From Vibrio alginolyticus NBRC 15630 = ATCC 17749 (GTDB lineage: Bacteria > Pseudomonadota > Gammaproteobacteria > Enterobacterales > Vibrionaceae): a stretch of DNA of 32,000 nt. Positions 17,015 to 26,064 of this stretch are shown piece by piece. The stretch's first letter is position 1. Each line of letters opens with the position of its first letter. Made by a program: the position numbers and the translations under genes. The notes under the pieces are model-generated. The model was not told the origin of the DNA. It did not search any database and worked only from the letters and a program-made list of their open reading frames with translations. The DNA is taken from positions 1,140,001 through 1,172,000 of the forward strand of contig NC_022349.1 of assembly GCF_000354175.2 (NCBI RefSeq), given 5' to 3'.

Positions 17015-17698
17015 ATGACAAGTAACAAAAAACTCTTGACTGGATCGGCGCTAGCACTTGGTGCAGTACTCGCCATATTTCTGATTAATTCAAATAACAA
17101 GAATGCCCAGACCGAACCTGTTGCAAGCCTTGACGAGCAAATCAAGACAGAAGACGCTGCGACAATAAGTGTAACGCCTCCTGAGAGCAATGCTGCTCAA
17201 AAGGTGGTTACCACTCCAACACCACAAAGTGGCAATGATGATACTTCCGACGTCATTCCAGCTACACCTTGGATATCTGCCCCATTAAATGAACTGAGCA
17301 ATGAACTGTACGATTTTATTGAAGCTGAACAGGTAAGTTACATCAGTACGACCGACTATCCATTCGACGAGCAAAAGCAAAAACAATTGCGAACATTAGC
17401 TAAGCAAGGGGTTCCTATCTTGTTTGACAATACGGAGTCATCCTATTTGGATAGCTACGGTGTCAGCGAAACCAAAGTCGTATCAGAGTATTTTGGTACG
17501 GCGTCTGAAGGTGATGTCATCATCGCTACCGGAGTACAGAATGCAGATGGCAGCATTCATTATCTAGTTTTGCCTTTGAAGAGCAACGATCTCAACGATA
17601 ACAGTAAATTGATTGAGGACACTAAGCTCGCAATCACTCTACTTAAAGAACAAAAGCATGACTTGATAAAAGAGAGACAAAACGAACATCGCGAATAA
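17015..17698 (+). CDS. hypothetical exported or membrane-anchored acidic protein
   Basis: 227 aa. N-terminal hydrophobic anchor or signal (LLTGSALALGAVLAIFLI), Thr/Pro-rich linker, acidic C-terminal domain. It starts 75 nt after the toxin gene on the same strand. No family recognised. Confidence 0.6.
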   Translation: MTSNKKLLTGSALALGAVLAIFLINSNNKNAQTEPVASLDEQIKTEDAATISVTPPESNAAQKVVTTPTPQSGNDDTSDVIPATPWISAPLNELSNELYDFIEAEQVSYISTTDYPFDEQKQKQLRTLAKQGVPILFDNTESSYLDSYGVSETKVVSEYFGTASEGDVIIATGVQNADGSIHYLVLPLKSNDLNDNSKLIEDTKLAITLLKEQKHDLIKERQNEHRE

Positions 17699-17703
17699 AA
17701 GTA

Positions 17704-17736
17704 AAGGGAGATAGCCTCTGTATCGCTATTTCCCTT
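17704..17736. terminator. hairpin between convergent genes (probable bidirectional terminator)
   Basis: AAGGGAGATAGC-ctctgtatc-GCTATTTCCCTT is a 12-bp stem with one G.U pair. It has an A-rich run 5' and, on the minus strand, a T-rich tail (tacttttatt). Confidence 0.55.
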
Positions 17737-17763
17737 AAAACTCAGTTCTCAATTAAGAAAAGC

Positions 17764-18468
17764 TCATTTCTCCCTACTTACCGGCACCCTATCCGAAATC
17801 ACCTTGCCGTCTTTGATGGTGATGATGCGTTTAGTGCGCTCTGCCAGAGCGTTATCGTGCGTCACGATGATCAGCGTTCTACCTTCGGCGTGGAGTTGGT
17901 TGAACAAGGCTTCAATCTCTGCGCCGGATTTTGAATCCAATGCACCCGTTGGTTCATCTGCTAAGATGATTTGCGGATCGTTGACCAAGGCTCTTGCAAT
18001 CGCGACCCTCTGTTTTTGACCACCAGAAAGCTGGTTTGGTTTATGGTCTAAACGATCCCCTAGCCCGACTTGCTCTAGCAATTTAGCTGCGCGCTGGCGA
18101 CGTTCTTTGGCTTTGATACCAGAGTAAACCAACGGCAGTGCCACGTTATCAAGCGCCGTCGCGTATTCCAATAAGTTAAAGCTTTGGAAGACAAATCCGA
18201 TCTTTTGGTTACGAATGCCAGCCAGCTCATTCGCACTTAAACTTGCGACGTTTTGGCCGCCAAGTTGGTACTTGCCATCGGTGGGCTTGTCTAAACAGCC
18301 GAGCATGTTCATCAACGTTGATTTGCCTGAACCGGACGGGCCAAGAATCGAAAGAAACTCGCCTTGATTAATGGTTAAGTCAACGCCGTCTAGCGCGCGA
18401 ACTTCCGCCTCCCCGCTTGAGTAGTATTTACAGATGTTGGTCAGCTCAACAAGCGGCTTGTTCGACAT
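17764..18468 (-). CDS. ABC transporter ATP-binding protein (MacB/LolD-type)
   Basis: Walker A GPSGSGKST, signature LSGGQKQR, Walker B ILADEPTGALD, H-loop IVTHD. Start trimmed to ATG 18468 (MSNKPLVELTNICKYY); the tracked 33-codon extension overlaps the upstream permease gene. Confidence 0.9.
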   Translation of the reverse strand: MSNKPLVELTNICKYYSSGEAEVRALDGVDLTINQGEFLSILGPSGSGKSTLMNMLGCLDKPTDGKYQLGGQNVASLSANELAGIRNQKIGFVFQSFNLLEYATALDNVALPLVYSGIKAKERRQRAAKLLEQVGLGDRLDHKPNQLSGGQKQRVAIARALVNDPQIILADEPTGALDSKSGAEIEALFNQLHAEGRTLIIVTHDNALAERTKRIITIKDGKVISDRVPVSREK

Positions 18469-18490
18469 GTTCTTTCCAGAGTTATTGTTG

Positions 18491-19774
18491 TTATTCACTT
18501 TGTAGCGCCTCCAACGGGCTGACTTTTGCGGCTCGGTTTGCAGGTAACCATGCAGATGCCACACCAATGATCACTAAGGTGAGGATGACAATCGCGACAA
18601 CGACCCACGACAACTCAGGGACAGGTTTACCCAGTTGTTCATAAAAGGCATTACCCTCTAAAGGAATGGAACTGATGGCAGACACCAGCGCGTACGTCAC
18701 GCCTAAGCCAAGCGCGCCCCCCATCATCATTGTCAATAAAGACTGCACTAAATAGTGCATGCGAATGGCCGTTGGAGTTGCACCGACTGCCATGCGCACG
18801 CCGATATCACGCGTAGATCGCTTTACGGTGGCATACATCACATTGGCGATGCCAACGCCAGCAACAGCTAACGTCACGAAGCCGATAATGCCAAGAAAAC
18901 TCTGCAAACCTATCAGGAACTGCTGCATACTCTTTTGCTTAAGGAACATATCATCGACTTGGACGATCTGCTCATCGCTGACACTTGCCCCGTGCTTACG
19001 GGCAATCACTTGCCTTATCGTCTTTGCTAAGGCTTCTCGGTCTACATTCGCTTGTGGCTGCACATTGATGCCACCAATTTCACCGTTGACATGAAATCGC
19101 TTCCACGTCGCTAACGGCACAAAGCTGGAATAGTTGATAAGATCCCCCAGCTCTATTTGAGCGCTGTTTTTCTCCAATACGCCCACAACGGTGAACTCCT
19201 CATTGCCGATTTTTACCTTTTTCCCCACAGGGTTGACTTGCAATGTGACTGTCGCAAACCAACTAAAGTCCTCATTCGGGTTGAATAAGTCGGCTGCCAG
19301 TTCATAACCCAGTACAACGACTTTGCGCGTCTCTTTTTGATCGAGTGGATTTAACCATCGCCCCCCCGCCATCGGCACCAAATTGGTCATGGATTGAAAC
19401 TCGCTCGTGACCGCTAACGGCTCTTGCCACGAGCTTCTGTCACCAACGGTGATGCGCTCTTTCCACTTCGCCGTTGGCGCAACGCTTTTTACATCAGGTA
19501 ACGCTCGAACGACCTCTGAATCGTCCATTTTTAGTGTCAGAAACTTACCTTGGTGAAAAGCACCGTGGTCGACGGTGGCCATCCCTCCGGTCAAATAAAT
19601 CAAGTTGCCGTTACCATTTTGTGCGGTTTTCAATACGCCCTGACGAATACCCTCACCTACCGCCAACATAGCAGCGATACAAAGGGTCGCCCACGCTACT
19701 GCTAGAATGGTCAAACCCAGTCTCAGCTTTTCTGCGGCCATTTCTTGGAAAATTTGTCTCATCGGTAACAACAT
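18491..19774 (-). CDS. ABC transporter permease, MacB-PCD + FtsX type (permease 2)
   Basis: Start trimmed to ATG 19774 (MLLPMRQIFQEMAAEKLRL...), 3 nt after the upstream stop. Architecture is an N-terminal TM, a large periplasmic domain, and a C-terminal FtsX-like 3-TM bundle ending ...RAAKVSPLEALQSE. Confidence 0.85.
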   Translation of the reverse strand: MLLPMRQIFQEMAAEKLRLGLTILAVAWATLCIAAMLAVGEGIRQGVLKTAQNGNGNLIYLTGGMATVDHGAFHQGKFLTLKMDDSEVVRALPDVKSVAPTAKWKERITVGDRSSWQEPLAVTSEFQSMTNLVPMAGGRWLNPLDQKETRKVVVLGYELAADLFNPNEDFSWFATVTLQVNPVGKKVKIGNEEFTVVGVLEKNSAQIELGDLINYSSFVPLATWKRFHVNGEIGGINVQPQANVDREALAKTIRQVIARKHGASVSDEQIVQVDDMFLKQKSMQQFLIGLQSFLGIIGFVTLAVAGVGIANVMYATVKRSTRDIGVRMAVGATPTAIRMHYLVQSLLTMMMGGALGLGVTYALVSAISSIPLEGNAFYEQLGKPVPELSWVVVAIVILTLVIIGVASAWLPANRAAKVSPLEALQSE

Positions 19775-19776
19775 GA

Positions 19777-20991
19777 CTAAGCCCTCGCACTCAAAGCAAT
19801 GACTGGCGTGAGACGCGATGCTCGCCTTGCTGGGAAATACGACGCCATCAATGCCAAGATAAGCGTCACAAGTAAAGACCAAGCAATAGAATCTGGCGTG
19901 ATCACAGGTAAACCAATCCATTCCGGTAATGCCATGCTGCTTAAGACAGATACCACGGCATACGAAAACATCAGACCTAATGCCGTGCCCACGGCTACCA
20001 ATATAAGCCCTTCAAGAATAAACTGACTGAGTATGGATTTTTGAGTCGCCCCGATCGCCAAACGCACACCGATTTCACGCGTGCGCTCCGTGACAGATAA
20101 AAACATGATGTTGGCAACGCCAAGCGCACCGACCGCCATGGTCATCGCGCCGCTCGCTCCAAGAAAAATCTGAATGCCACGCAAAATTCCACTGATGACC
20201 GCTGCACCTTCACTAAAATCGGGTAATTCGACCGCATCTTTATCACTTGGGTCAAAATGAAGCTGCTTGGCGAAAAAGTTCACGATATTTTGTCGAAACG
20301 ACGGTGCATCCATCCCGTCTCTCGGCTTCATCAATATCATCCAAGGTTTCGCATCCCACAAATCGCGGTACGTTGTTTGAGGAATGAAAACCGTGCGGCT
20401 ATCGCCGAATGAAATGCCAGTGTCCTCACCAACGGTTATCCCAATCACCAAAAACGGAATGCCGTTGACTTTGAGCCTATCCCCGATTTGGATTCCACCC
20501 ATTTGCGCAATTTGATCGCCTAACACCGCCACGCGAGTGTGGTTGTCCATATCACTTGGTGACAGGTTTCTCGAACCGGGTTGCAGCTTGCGTTGCATTA
20601 AAGGAAAGTAAGACGTATCAATACCGCTGACCGTACTCGATAAATTCTGTCCTTTGAGATTGGTGATATTCGCATCCCATTTGGCGTAAACGCTTGACGC
20701 CTGTTGCACGAAGCCCGACTGTTTGATCATGTCGACTTTTTCTTGTGGTATATCAATTTGGCGTCTTGAAGGTAACCCTTGCCACGGTTTACTGGTACTC
20801 GACGGAAACACCACTTGCACATTGTTGATCATAAATGAAAACGACTGGGTCTGATGGCGATAAAAGCCTTCGCCAAGTGCGATTAACACCACCACAGAGA
20901 TCACGCCCCAAGCAATCGCGATAATGGCTAGCACGCTCTTCATGCGGTGCGCCATCAACGTTTGCCAAGTTTGTTGCAATAGACTGCTCAT
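19777..20991 (-). CDS. ABC transporter permease, MacB-PCD + FtsX type (permease 1)
   Basis: 404 aa with the same architecture as permease 2 (...PARRASRLTPVIALSARA). It has a 4-nt overlap with the upstream outer-membrane gene. Confidence 0.85.
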   Translation of the reverse strand: MSSLLQQTWQTLMAHRMKSVLAIIAIAWGVISVVVLIALGEGFYRHQTQSFSFMINNVQVVFPSSTSKPWQGLPSRRQIDIPQEKVDMIKQSGFVQQASSVYAKWDANITNLKGQNLSSTVSGIDTSYFPLMQRKLQPGSRNLSPSDMDNHTRVAVLGDQIAQMGGIQIGDRLKVNGIPFLVIGITVGEDTGISFGDSRTVFIPQTTYRDLWDAKPWMILMKPRDGMDAPSFRQNIVNFFAKQLHFDPSDKDAVELPDFSEGAAVISGILRGIQIFLGASGAMTMAVGALGVANIMFLSVTERTREIGVRLAIGATQKSILSQFILEGLILVAVGTALGLMFSYAVVSVLSSMALPEWIGLPVITPDSIAWSLLVTLILALMASYFPARRASRLTPVIALSARA

Positions 20992-22259
20992 GAATGAAAA
21001 GCCCGAGAGATCAACGCCATGGTATCGTCATCGAGTTTCCCTGCGGTTTGCAGTAAGCCGATTCTCTTACGCCAGTAGCTGTACAAGTTGGTTTGCAGAC
21101 TGTTTTTCGCCTCAAACAAGCTGTTGTGTGCGCTGATAACTTCCGACACTTCAAGCAGACCAGCGTCGTAAAGTTTCTCTTTGCTTTGCAACACTCTGGC
21201 GCGCGACTCAACCAGCTCGTTCGCTATCAAAACTTGATTCCAGTTGATATCGACCTGCGTAAACTGCTGAATAACTCGTTTCTGAATATCAATTTCCACT
21301 CTACGCATATCTTGCTTGGCGCTTAAAATGTTCAACGATGCTTCGTCCACTTTAGCTCGCACTGCACCATTGAGGTCAATCGGCAAACTCAAACTAATCC
21401 CAGCGTTAAACTCGCCGTTTGAACGATTGTCACCATCGCTGTAGCCCACACTGCCTTTGACGGTTGGGTAGTATCCACCTTTAGCTGAATCTTTCGCGAA
21501 CTCGCTCGCTTTCACCATCTGCGCCGCGACCAACAGCTCTGGACTACTGTCTTTCGCCAGCTTTAGCCATTGCTCCTGAGAGTCCACCAGCATCGGCGGC
21601 TGAATTAGAGAATCCGTTCGAATTTGGTCGACACTCTCCGGCATTTGATTGATTAACGCCGCAAGCTCTGCTTTTTTCACTTCGAGATCGGCTTTTGCAT
21701 TGAGGATACTTGCTTGCTCAGAAACTTGATTCGCTCGCATCTCTTCAACATCAACCGACTTCACTTTGCCTGCTCGATAGCGTTTCTCGATGATGTTGAG
21801 AAGTTCTTTCCCCTCCTCCAGCTTGGACTGCGCCAATTTGAGGTCGCCCTGTGCGCTTGCTACATCTAGGTAAGCGGTGAGCAACTTCTGCGCAAGCTCG
21901 TTATGTGATTGAGATAGCTCTAACTGTGCTTTGAGATAATTGGCATTCGCTTGATCCAGTTCCGACCACAAACTGCTATCCCAAATAGTTTGAGATAAGG
22001 TAGCGCCGTAACTGTTCGAATGGCTTGAGGACTCATTCCAATCCGCTGACGCACTGGCACTTAAACCCGGCAATAACGCACTGCGGCTACTCTGTACGCC
22101 AACCTCGCCAAGCTGGACGCCGATTTTCGCTTTTTCGTAATTAGGATCGTTCTGCTTTGCTTGGTGCCAAGCTTGTTCAATAGAAATTGCGTAGGTCGGC
22201 AAACTGAGTGTGGCAGCCAACAATGCAAAGGCGATTTTTGATCGTTGCAGTTTAACCAT
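20988..22259 (-). CDS. TolC-family outer-membrane efflux protein
   Basis: 423 aa with a signal peptide (ATLSLPTYA|ISIEQAW) and two repeated coiled-coil/beta halves typical of the TolC/OEP family. Confidence 0.85.
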   Translation of the reverse strand: MVKLQRSKIAFALLAATLSLPTYAISIEQAWHQAKQNDPNYEKAKIGVQLGEVGVQSSRSALLPGLSASASADWNESSSHSNSYGATLSQTIWDSSLWSELDQANANYLKAQLELSQSHNELAQKLLTAYLDVASAQGDLKLAQSKLEEGKELLNIIEKRYRAGKVKSVDVEEMRANQVSEQASILNAKADLEVKKAELAALINQMPESVDQIRTDSLIQPPMLVDSQEQWLKLAKDSSPELLVAAQMVKASEFAKDSAKGGYYPTVKGSVGYSDGDNRSNGEFNAGISLSLPIDLNGAVRAKVDEASLNILSAKQDMRRVEIDIQKRVIQQFTQVDINWNQVLIANELVESRARVLQSKEKLYDAGLLEVSEVISAHNSLFEAKNSLQTNLYSYWRKRIGLLQTAGKLDDDTMALISRAFHS

Positions 22260-23385
22260 GCGCCGCTCCCATCATGCTGTTGTCGATAACCTCTTCATCA
22301 AGCTCCACGCCGTCAAGCACTTCGACATTGATGCCATCTGACAGACCGAGTTTCACCGGTTGTTTATGAAACCCTTGTTCTGAGCTATCGGGGATCAGAA
22401 CATTCGGTGCGTCACCATCAAATTGCAGAGCGCGCTCCGGTAGAGTGAGCACGTTTTCAGACTTCTTCAGAATGATTTGAGCCGTCGATGAAAAACCAGA
22501 ACGAAGCAACACATCTTGTGGGATCTTGAGTTCTCCCACTTCAACCTCAAAACCGTTATCAAAACTTTTTGCCGAAGCGTTGCCTTCTGGTGAGTTAAGG
22601 TTCTCAGATTGAATCGCCACTTTGGTTAGCACACCAGAAATCGCCACATCAGGATAAGGCGCAACCGTCAACATAACGGGCATTCCCGGAGACAACTGCG
22701 CAGCATCATGCTCACTGACGCTACCTTTAAAAATCAGACTGTTCATGTCGGCCAATGACATCATTTCAGTCGCGGCTTGGCTTGATTGAGTCGAGATGAT
22801 CGGCTCTCCGACCTCAACTTTCTGGTTGAGTACCGTGCCATCAATTGGCGCGTAGATCGTCGACGTTAAACGTGCATCGCCGATAGACGCCTCACCACTG
22901 CGGATGAGTTCGAGATTCTGGCGCTTTTGCAATACGTCCGCTTGCGCAGATTTGACTGCCGAGCGCGCACTTACGTATTCGTCGTAGTTACTTGGAATAA
23001 TGTCCTGCTTGACCAAGCTTTCTAAGTTGGACAGTTTTTGTTTGGCGGATTCCAGATCGGCTTCGCTACGCATGAGCTCTGCCGATGCATCCGTTAATGC
23101 TTGGGGTGTTGGGTTTGGACGCACTTTGATCAGCGGCTGGCCTTGCTTCACCTTTTCACCAACTTTCGCGTAAATTTCACCGACGATACCGTCGATTTGT
23201 GACTTGATAGACACGGAGTGTGCAGGGACAATTTTACCAACAGCCACCGCTTGTTTTTCAATCGTGCCTTTTTCCACAATCAATGTAGGCAGCAATTCTG
23301 GTTGAGCAGCAGATTGGAGATAGAAAGACGTACCACCGCCGAGCAGCGCGAAGCTCACAGCGGAGACAAACCAACGTTTCGTCAT
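22252..23385 (-). CDS. periplasmic adaptor (membrane fusion protein, MacA-like)
   Basis: 377 aa with an N-terminal anchor, a lipoyl motif (IDGIVGEIYAKVGEKVKQGQPLIKV) and a coiled-coil hairpin. It overlaps the TolC-like gene by 8 nt and is the first gene of the operon. Confidence 0.85.
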   Translation of the reverse strand: MTKRWFVSAVSFALLGGGTSFYLQSAAQPELLPTLIVEKGTIEKQAVAVGKIVPAHSVSIKSQIDGIVGEIYAKVGEKVKQGQPLIKVRPNPTPQALTDASAELMRSEADLESAKQKLSNLESLVKQDIIPSNYDEYVSARSAVKSAQADVLQKRQNLELIRSGEASIGDARLTSTIYAPIDGTVLNQKVEVGEPIISTQSSQAATEMMSLADMNSLIFKGSVSEHDAAQLSPGMPVMLTVAPYPDVAISGVLTKVAIQSENLNSPEGNASAKSFDNGFEVEVGELKIPQDVLLRSGFSSTAQIILKKSENVLTLPERALQFDGDAPNVLIPDSSEQGFHKQPVKLGLSDGINVEVLDGVELDEEVIDNSMMGAAHG

Positions 23386-23602
23386 TATTTATTCCAACAA
23401 TTATTGGGTAGTCTAATGACTACTCCTAAAACACAAAGTTGAAGGAATAATATCCTGCTTTAATAGCGGTTTGGTTGTCACAGTTGGTATGGTTTTGTCA
23501 GTCGGCTCTGACAATCAAAAACTAAAGAATCATTCAGCAAAGACGTTGTCTACGATGGCGACTAACAAGCTCTGTAACCGCTCGTTTCAACCGCCACCCT
23601 TT

Positions 23603-24037
23603 TCATTCTGAACAATGTGCAAAATGGCGCTGATCTGTATCCAAGTGAGCAGCTGTTTCTTGAGCGTTTAATATGTTCTCTTGATTAGCCCCAAACTCAG
23701 CCCCCGTTCCAGGCCAATAATATGTATCTTTATCACGACATAGTGTGAGAATGACAGGATCATTGTGTATATTGGGCTCATCTCCTAGCTCGCCATACAT
23801 ACTGAAAGTAATCTCAGACCCAACGTCTCCACGAAGTTTCTGAATCACTTCTGCTTGAACTTTAAAGAGAACATCTTCCTCGTGTTCAGCAAACTTTTCA
23901 AAACCTGTAATTTTCACCACTGCAGAATAGGGCGTTTGAAATATCGCATCTTTGAGTACCTCATTCTGAGAGTACACTCCCTGTGAAGCACAAGCTGATA
24001 AGCTCACACAGCCTAGCAAACTTATAAATTTCTTCAT
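23603..24037 (-). CDS. small periplasmic lipoprotein, putative immunity protein for the adjacent amidase
   Basis: 144 aa with a lipobox (LLGCVSLSAC|AS). It starts 2 nt after the amidase stop and has no C-terminal TM. The function is inferred from context only. Confidence 0.5.
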   Translation of the reverse strand: MKKFISLLGCVSLSACASQGVYSQNEVLKDAIFQTPYSAVVKITGFEKFAEHEEDVLFKVQAEVIQKLRGDVGSEITFSMYGELGDEPNIHNDPVILTLCRDKDTYYWPGTGAEFGANQENILNAQETAAHLDTDQRHFAHCSE

Positions 24038-24039
24038 AT

Positions 24040-24852
24040 TTAACTTTCCGTTCCTGCTAAGGCAGAGCCTTTTGTATATACAGGTAAAGTACCTTTTGTT
24101 TCATCGTAGTTACTCGGTACTACGAACTTGTCCCAGACATCAATAGAGTACTTTGCTATATTGACTTGGTTGCTTTGGTTTCCTCCTAACATGTACAAAT
24201 GCCTACCATCAGGGCTCTTTCCCACGACAAAAGCAACATGCCCACCACCTTTTCTCGATTTAATCCCTAGAGCTCCATGTATAGGTTCTGAGATGTTTTT
24301 ACCAAAACCCTTCCACTCCTTTGCTCGATAAGCTTCTTTTACTGGAGTGATTCCGTGTTGTTTAAAAACCCAAGCGGCAAACGAACCACACCAAGCATTT
24401 TGACCTCCAGAGTCATCAGTGCCCCAGAACTTAGATGCTGTAAAATACTCTAAAATCCTTGGATTGGCCTTAGTGCCTGAAACTTCTTTTTGTCCAATTT
24501 CTCCCAACGCTGTTTTCATCCAAGGTACTTTGGTTACTAGTTTTTGAGCATCATGAGGATCATTTTTCACTGAGCTATAGGATGGTAATCCATTGAGCTT
24601 ACGATGAGTTCTACCATTTACATCGATCCGACCATCTGGCTTTACCATATAAAGTAGCTTACGCTGACACACTTTTATTGCCTCTACTGTTTTCGACAAA
24701 TGAGGACTCCGCCCTAACGAGCCATCAACAACCAACAGTCGGGTAAAACCTATTCTCTTTTGGTTATCATTTAAAAATTGTTGAACTGCTTTAACATCAT
24801 TTTTCGAATTAGTGCCATTTATACCAACAGAGCCACGGATTTTTAATCCCAT
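24040..24852 (-). CDS. PG-binding domain + NlpC/P60-CHAP-type (TIGR02594-like) cell-wall amidase, no signal peptide; putative secreted antibacterial effector
   Basis: 270 aa. The N-terminal PG_binding_1-like pattern is DVKAVQQFLN...VVDGSLGRSPHLSKTVEAIKVCQRK. The C-terminal domain has the catalytic Cys context GGQNAWCGSFAAWV and His context GGGHVAFVVG. There is no Sec/Tat leader (MGLKIRGSVG...). Confidence 0.7.
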   Translation of the reverse strand: MGLKIRGSVGINGTNSKNDVKAVQQFLNDNQKRIGFTRLLVVDGSLGRSPHLSKTVEAIKVCQRKLLYMVKPDGRIDVNGRTHRKLNGLPSYSSVKNDPHDAQKLVTKVPWMKTALGEIGQKEVSGTKANPRILEYFTASKFWGTDDSGGQNAWCGSFAAWVFKQHGITPVKEAYRAKEWKGFGKNISEPIHGALGIKSRKGGGHVAFVVGKSPDGRHLYMLGGNQSNQVNIAKYSIDVWDKFVVPSNYDETKGTLPVYTKGSALAGTES

Positions 24853-25276
24853 TCTCGTTACCTTTATAACTAATCATATAATTAAGAAAGTACGCTTTAG
24901 CGTGACAACAATAAAGATAAAATGTTGTTTTATACGATTAGCCATACGAGGGAAATTAGGTGTTGAAAATATAGATTACAAATAAACTCAGCTCATATCA
25001 CTAAAAACACCTATTTATCATCTTTTGGTCACGCTTCAAAGCAGGACAGCCAGATGTTTTAAACTATGCGTATTAATAGACGAAAAAATGTTTATAAATG
25101 AACACTTAAATTAACATAGTAAAACTATCAATTACTATTTTAAATTTAAATAACACTTCCTTTTTAAGGTCAATCTATAATTAAATTTATCAAACTTTAA
25201 TTTTTATTAAATTGAGCTTTAATTTATTAATCTGACTATTTAACTAATTTCATTTCAGTTAATTGTACTTTTTGGC

Positions 25277-25498
25277 ATGTTAGCGGGTGATGGCGGCGCC
25301 AATAACACCGACCCATTTTCAGAAGGAATAACGGACGATAACCAATGGATTGTGGAAGAACCACACATGATGATTATTACCCTAGACCAAGTGTTGCTCG
25401 ACTCTCTACCAACCGGTTCAAGTTATGATCGCCCATACGTGATGTGGAATGGTATGCCATACGCACACATTATTATTCCCGTTAGAGCGAGAAAATAA
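25277..25498 (+). CDS. small hypothetical ORF, possibly the 3' remnant of a larger gene
   Basis: 73 aa. The frame is closed by TAA 36 nt upstream and there is no convincing SD. It is preceded by ~420 bp of AT-rich non-coding DNA and followed by a strong terminator. Confidence 0.3.
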   Translation: MLAGDGGANNTDPFSEGITDDNQWIVEEPHMMIITLDQVLLDSLPTGSSYDRPYVMWNGMPYAHIIIPVRARK

Positions 25499-25502
25499 AA
25501 AG

Positions 25503-25543
25503 AAAAAAATCCGATACTCAATATTTTGAATATCGGATTTTTA
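25503..25543. terminator. bidirectional rho-independent terminator
   Basis: The hairpin ATCCGATACTCAA-tatt-TTGAATATCGGAT has an A-run before it and a T-run after it. It lies between convergent genes. Confidence 0.8.
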
Positions 25544-25548
25544 TAGCG

Positions 25549-26064
25549 TTATCGAGCTAACCAAATTCTCGCTAGTATTCCTATCGGAGTGGTAACGCCA
25601 GTTGTGACAGAGGAAATTTCACCATTTCTTAAAACATAAATGGTTGGGGTCACGCTAATTTCCCATTCGCGCATAATATCGCTTGAAGGATCGTTTATGT
25701 TTTCGAAACGATATTCTTTTGCCCTCATAAACTGCGCCACACGCTCATTCGGTCCCGACGAGCCAGAAACGCCAACTACGGTGTAGTCATCACTCAGCCA
25801 GCTCACGCTTGGGCTTACAAATTTACAAGCGGGACACCAAGTCGCCCAAAAATAAACAACGACAGGTTGTTCATAACTTTGCGCGATTGCATCGAAGTGT
25901 TCACCATCGCTCAATACTGAGCTCAATGGTGGTGCCTCCTGTTTAGGAATATCTTTAGTGCGATACCAATCCATCGCGATGGAAATGACGGTGACAATGA
26001 GCACCATCTGTACGATTTGAACGAGCCAATATCGGAATGTTCTACGCCGCTTTGTCGAACTCAT
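25549..26064 (-). CDS. membrane-anchored TlpA/ScsD-like thioredoxin-fold disulfide oxidoreductase
   Basis: 171 aa with an N-terminal TM and the WATWCPACKF active site. It has a 4-nt overlap with the upstream DsbD-family gene. Confidence 0.8.
   Translation of the reverse strand: MSSTKRRRTFRYWLVQIVQMVLIVTVISIAMDWYRTKDIPKQEAPPLSSVLSDGEHFDAIAQSYEQPVVVYFWATWCPACKFVSPSVSWLSDDYTVVGVSGSSGPNERVAQFMRAKEYRFENINDPSSDIMREWEISVTPTIYVLRNGEISSVTTGVTTPIGILARIWLAR

Noticed and set aside
18469-18567. N-terminal extensions of tracked ORFs (ATPase to 18567, permease to 19921, ttrS to 31351, PLP enzyme from 6489, HlyD from 9165)
   Set aside because: The extensions overlap upstream genes or encode non-native-looking peptides. 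Internal ATGs sit at operon-typical junctions and give canonical N-termini: signal peptide, TM anchor, or the ABC N-terminus.
24040-24852. Phage endolysin with a downstream spanin, rather than an effector/immunity pair
   Set aside because: There is no holin and there are no other phage genes within several kb. The lipoprotein lacks the C-terminal TM of a unimolecular spanin, and there is no embedded Rz1-type arrangement. This reading cannot be fully excluded without homology searches.
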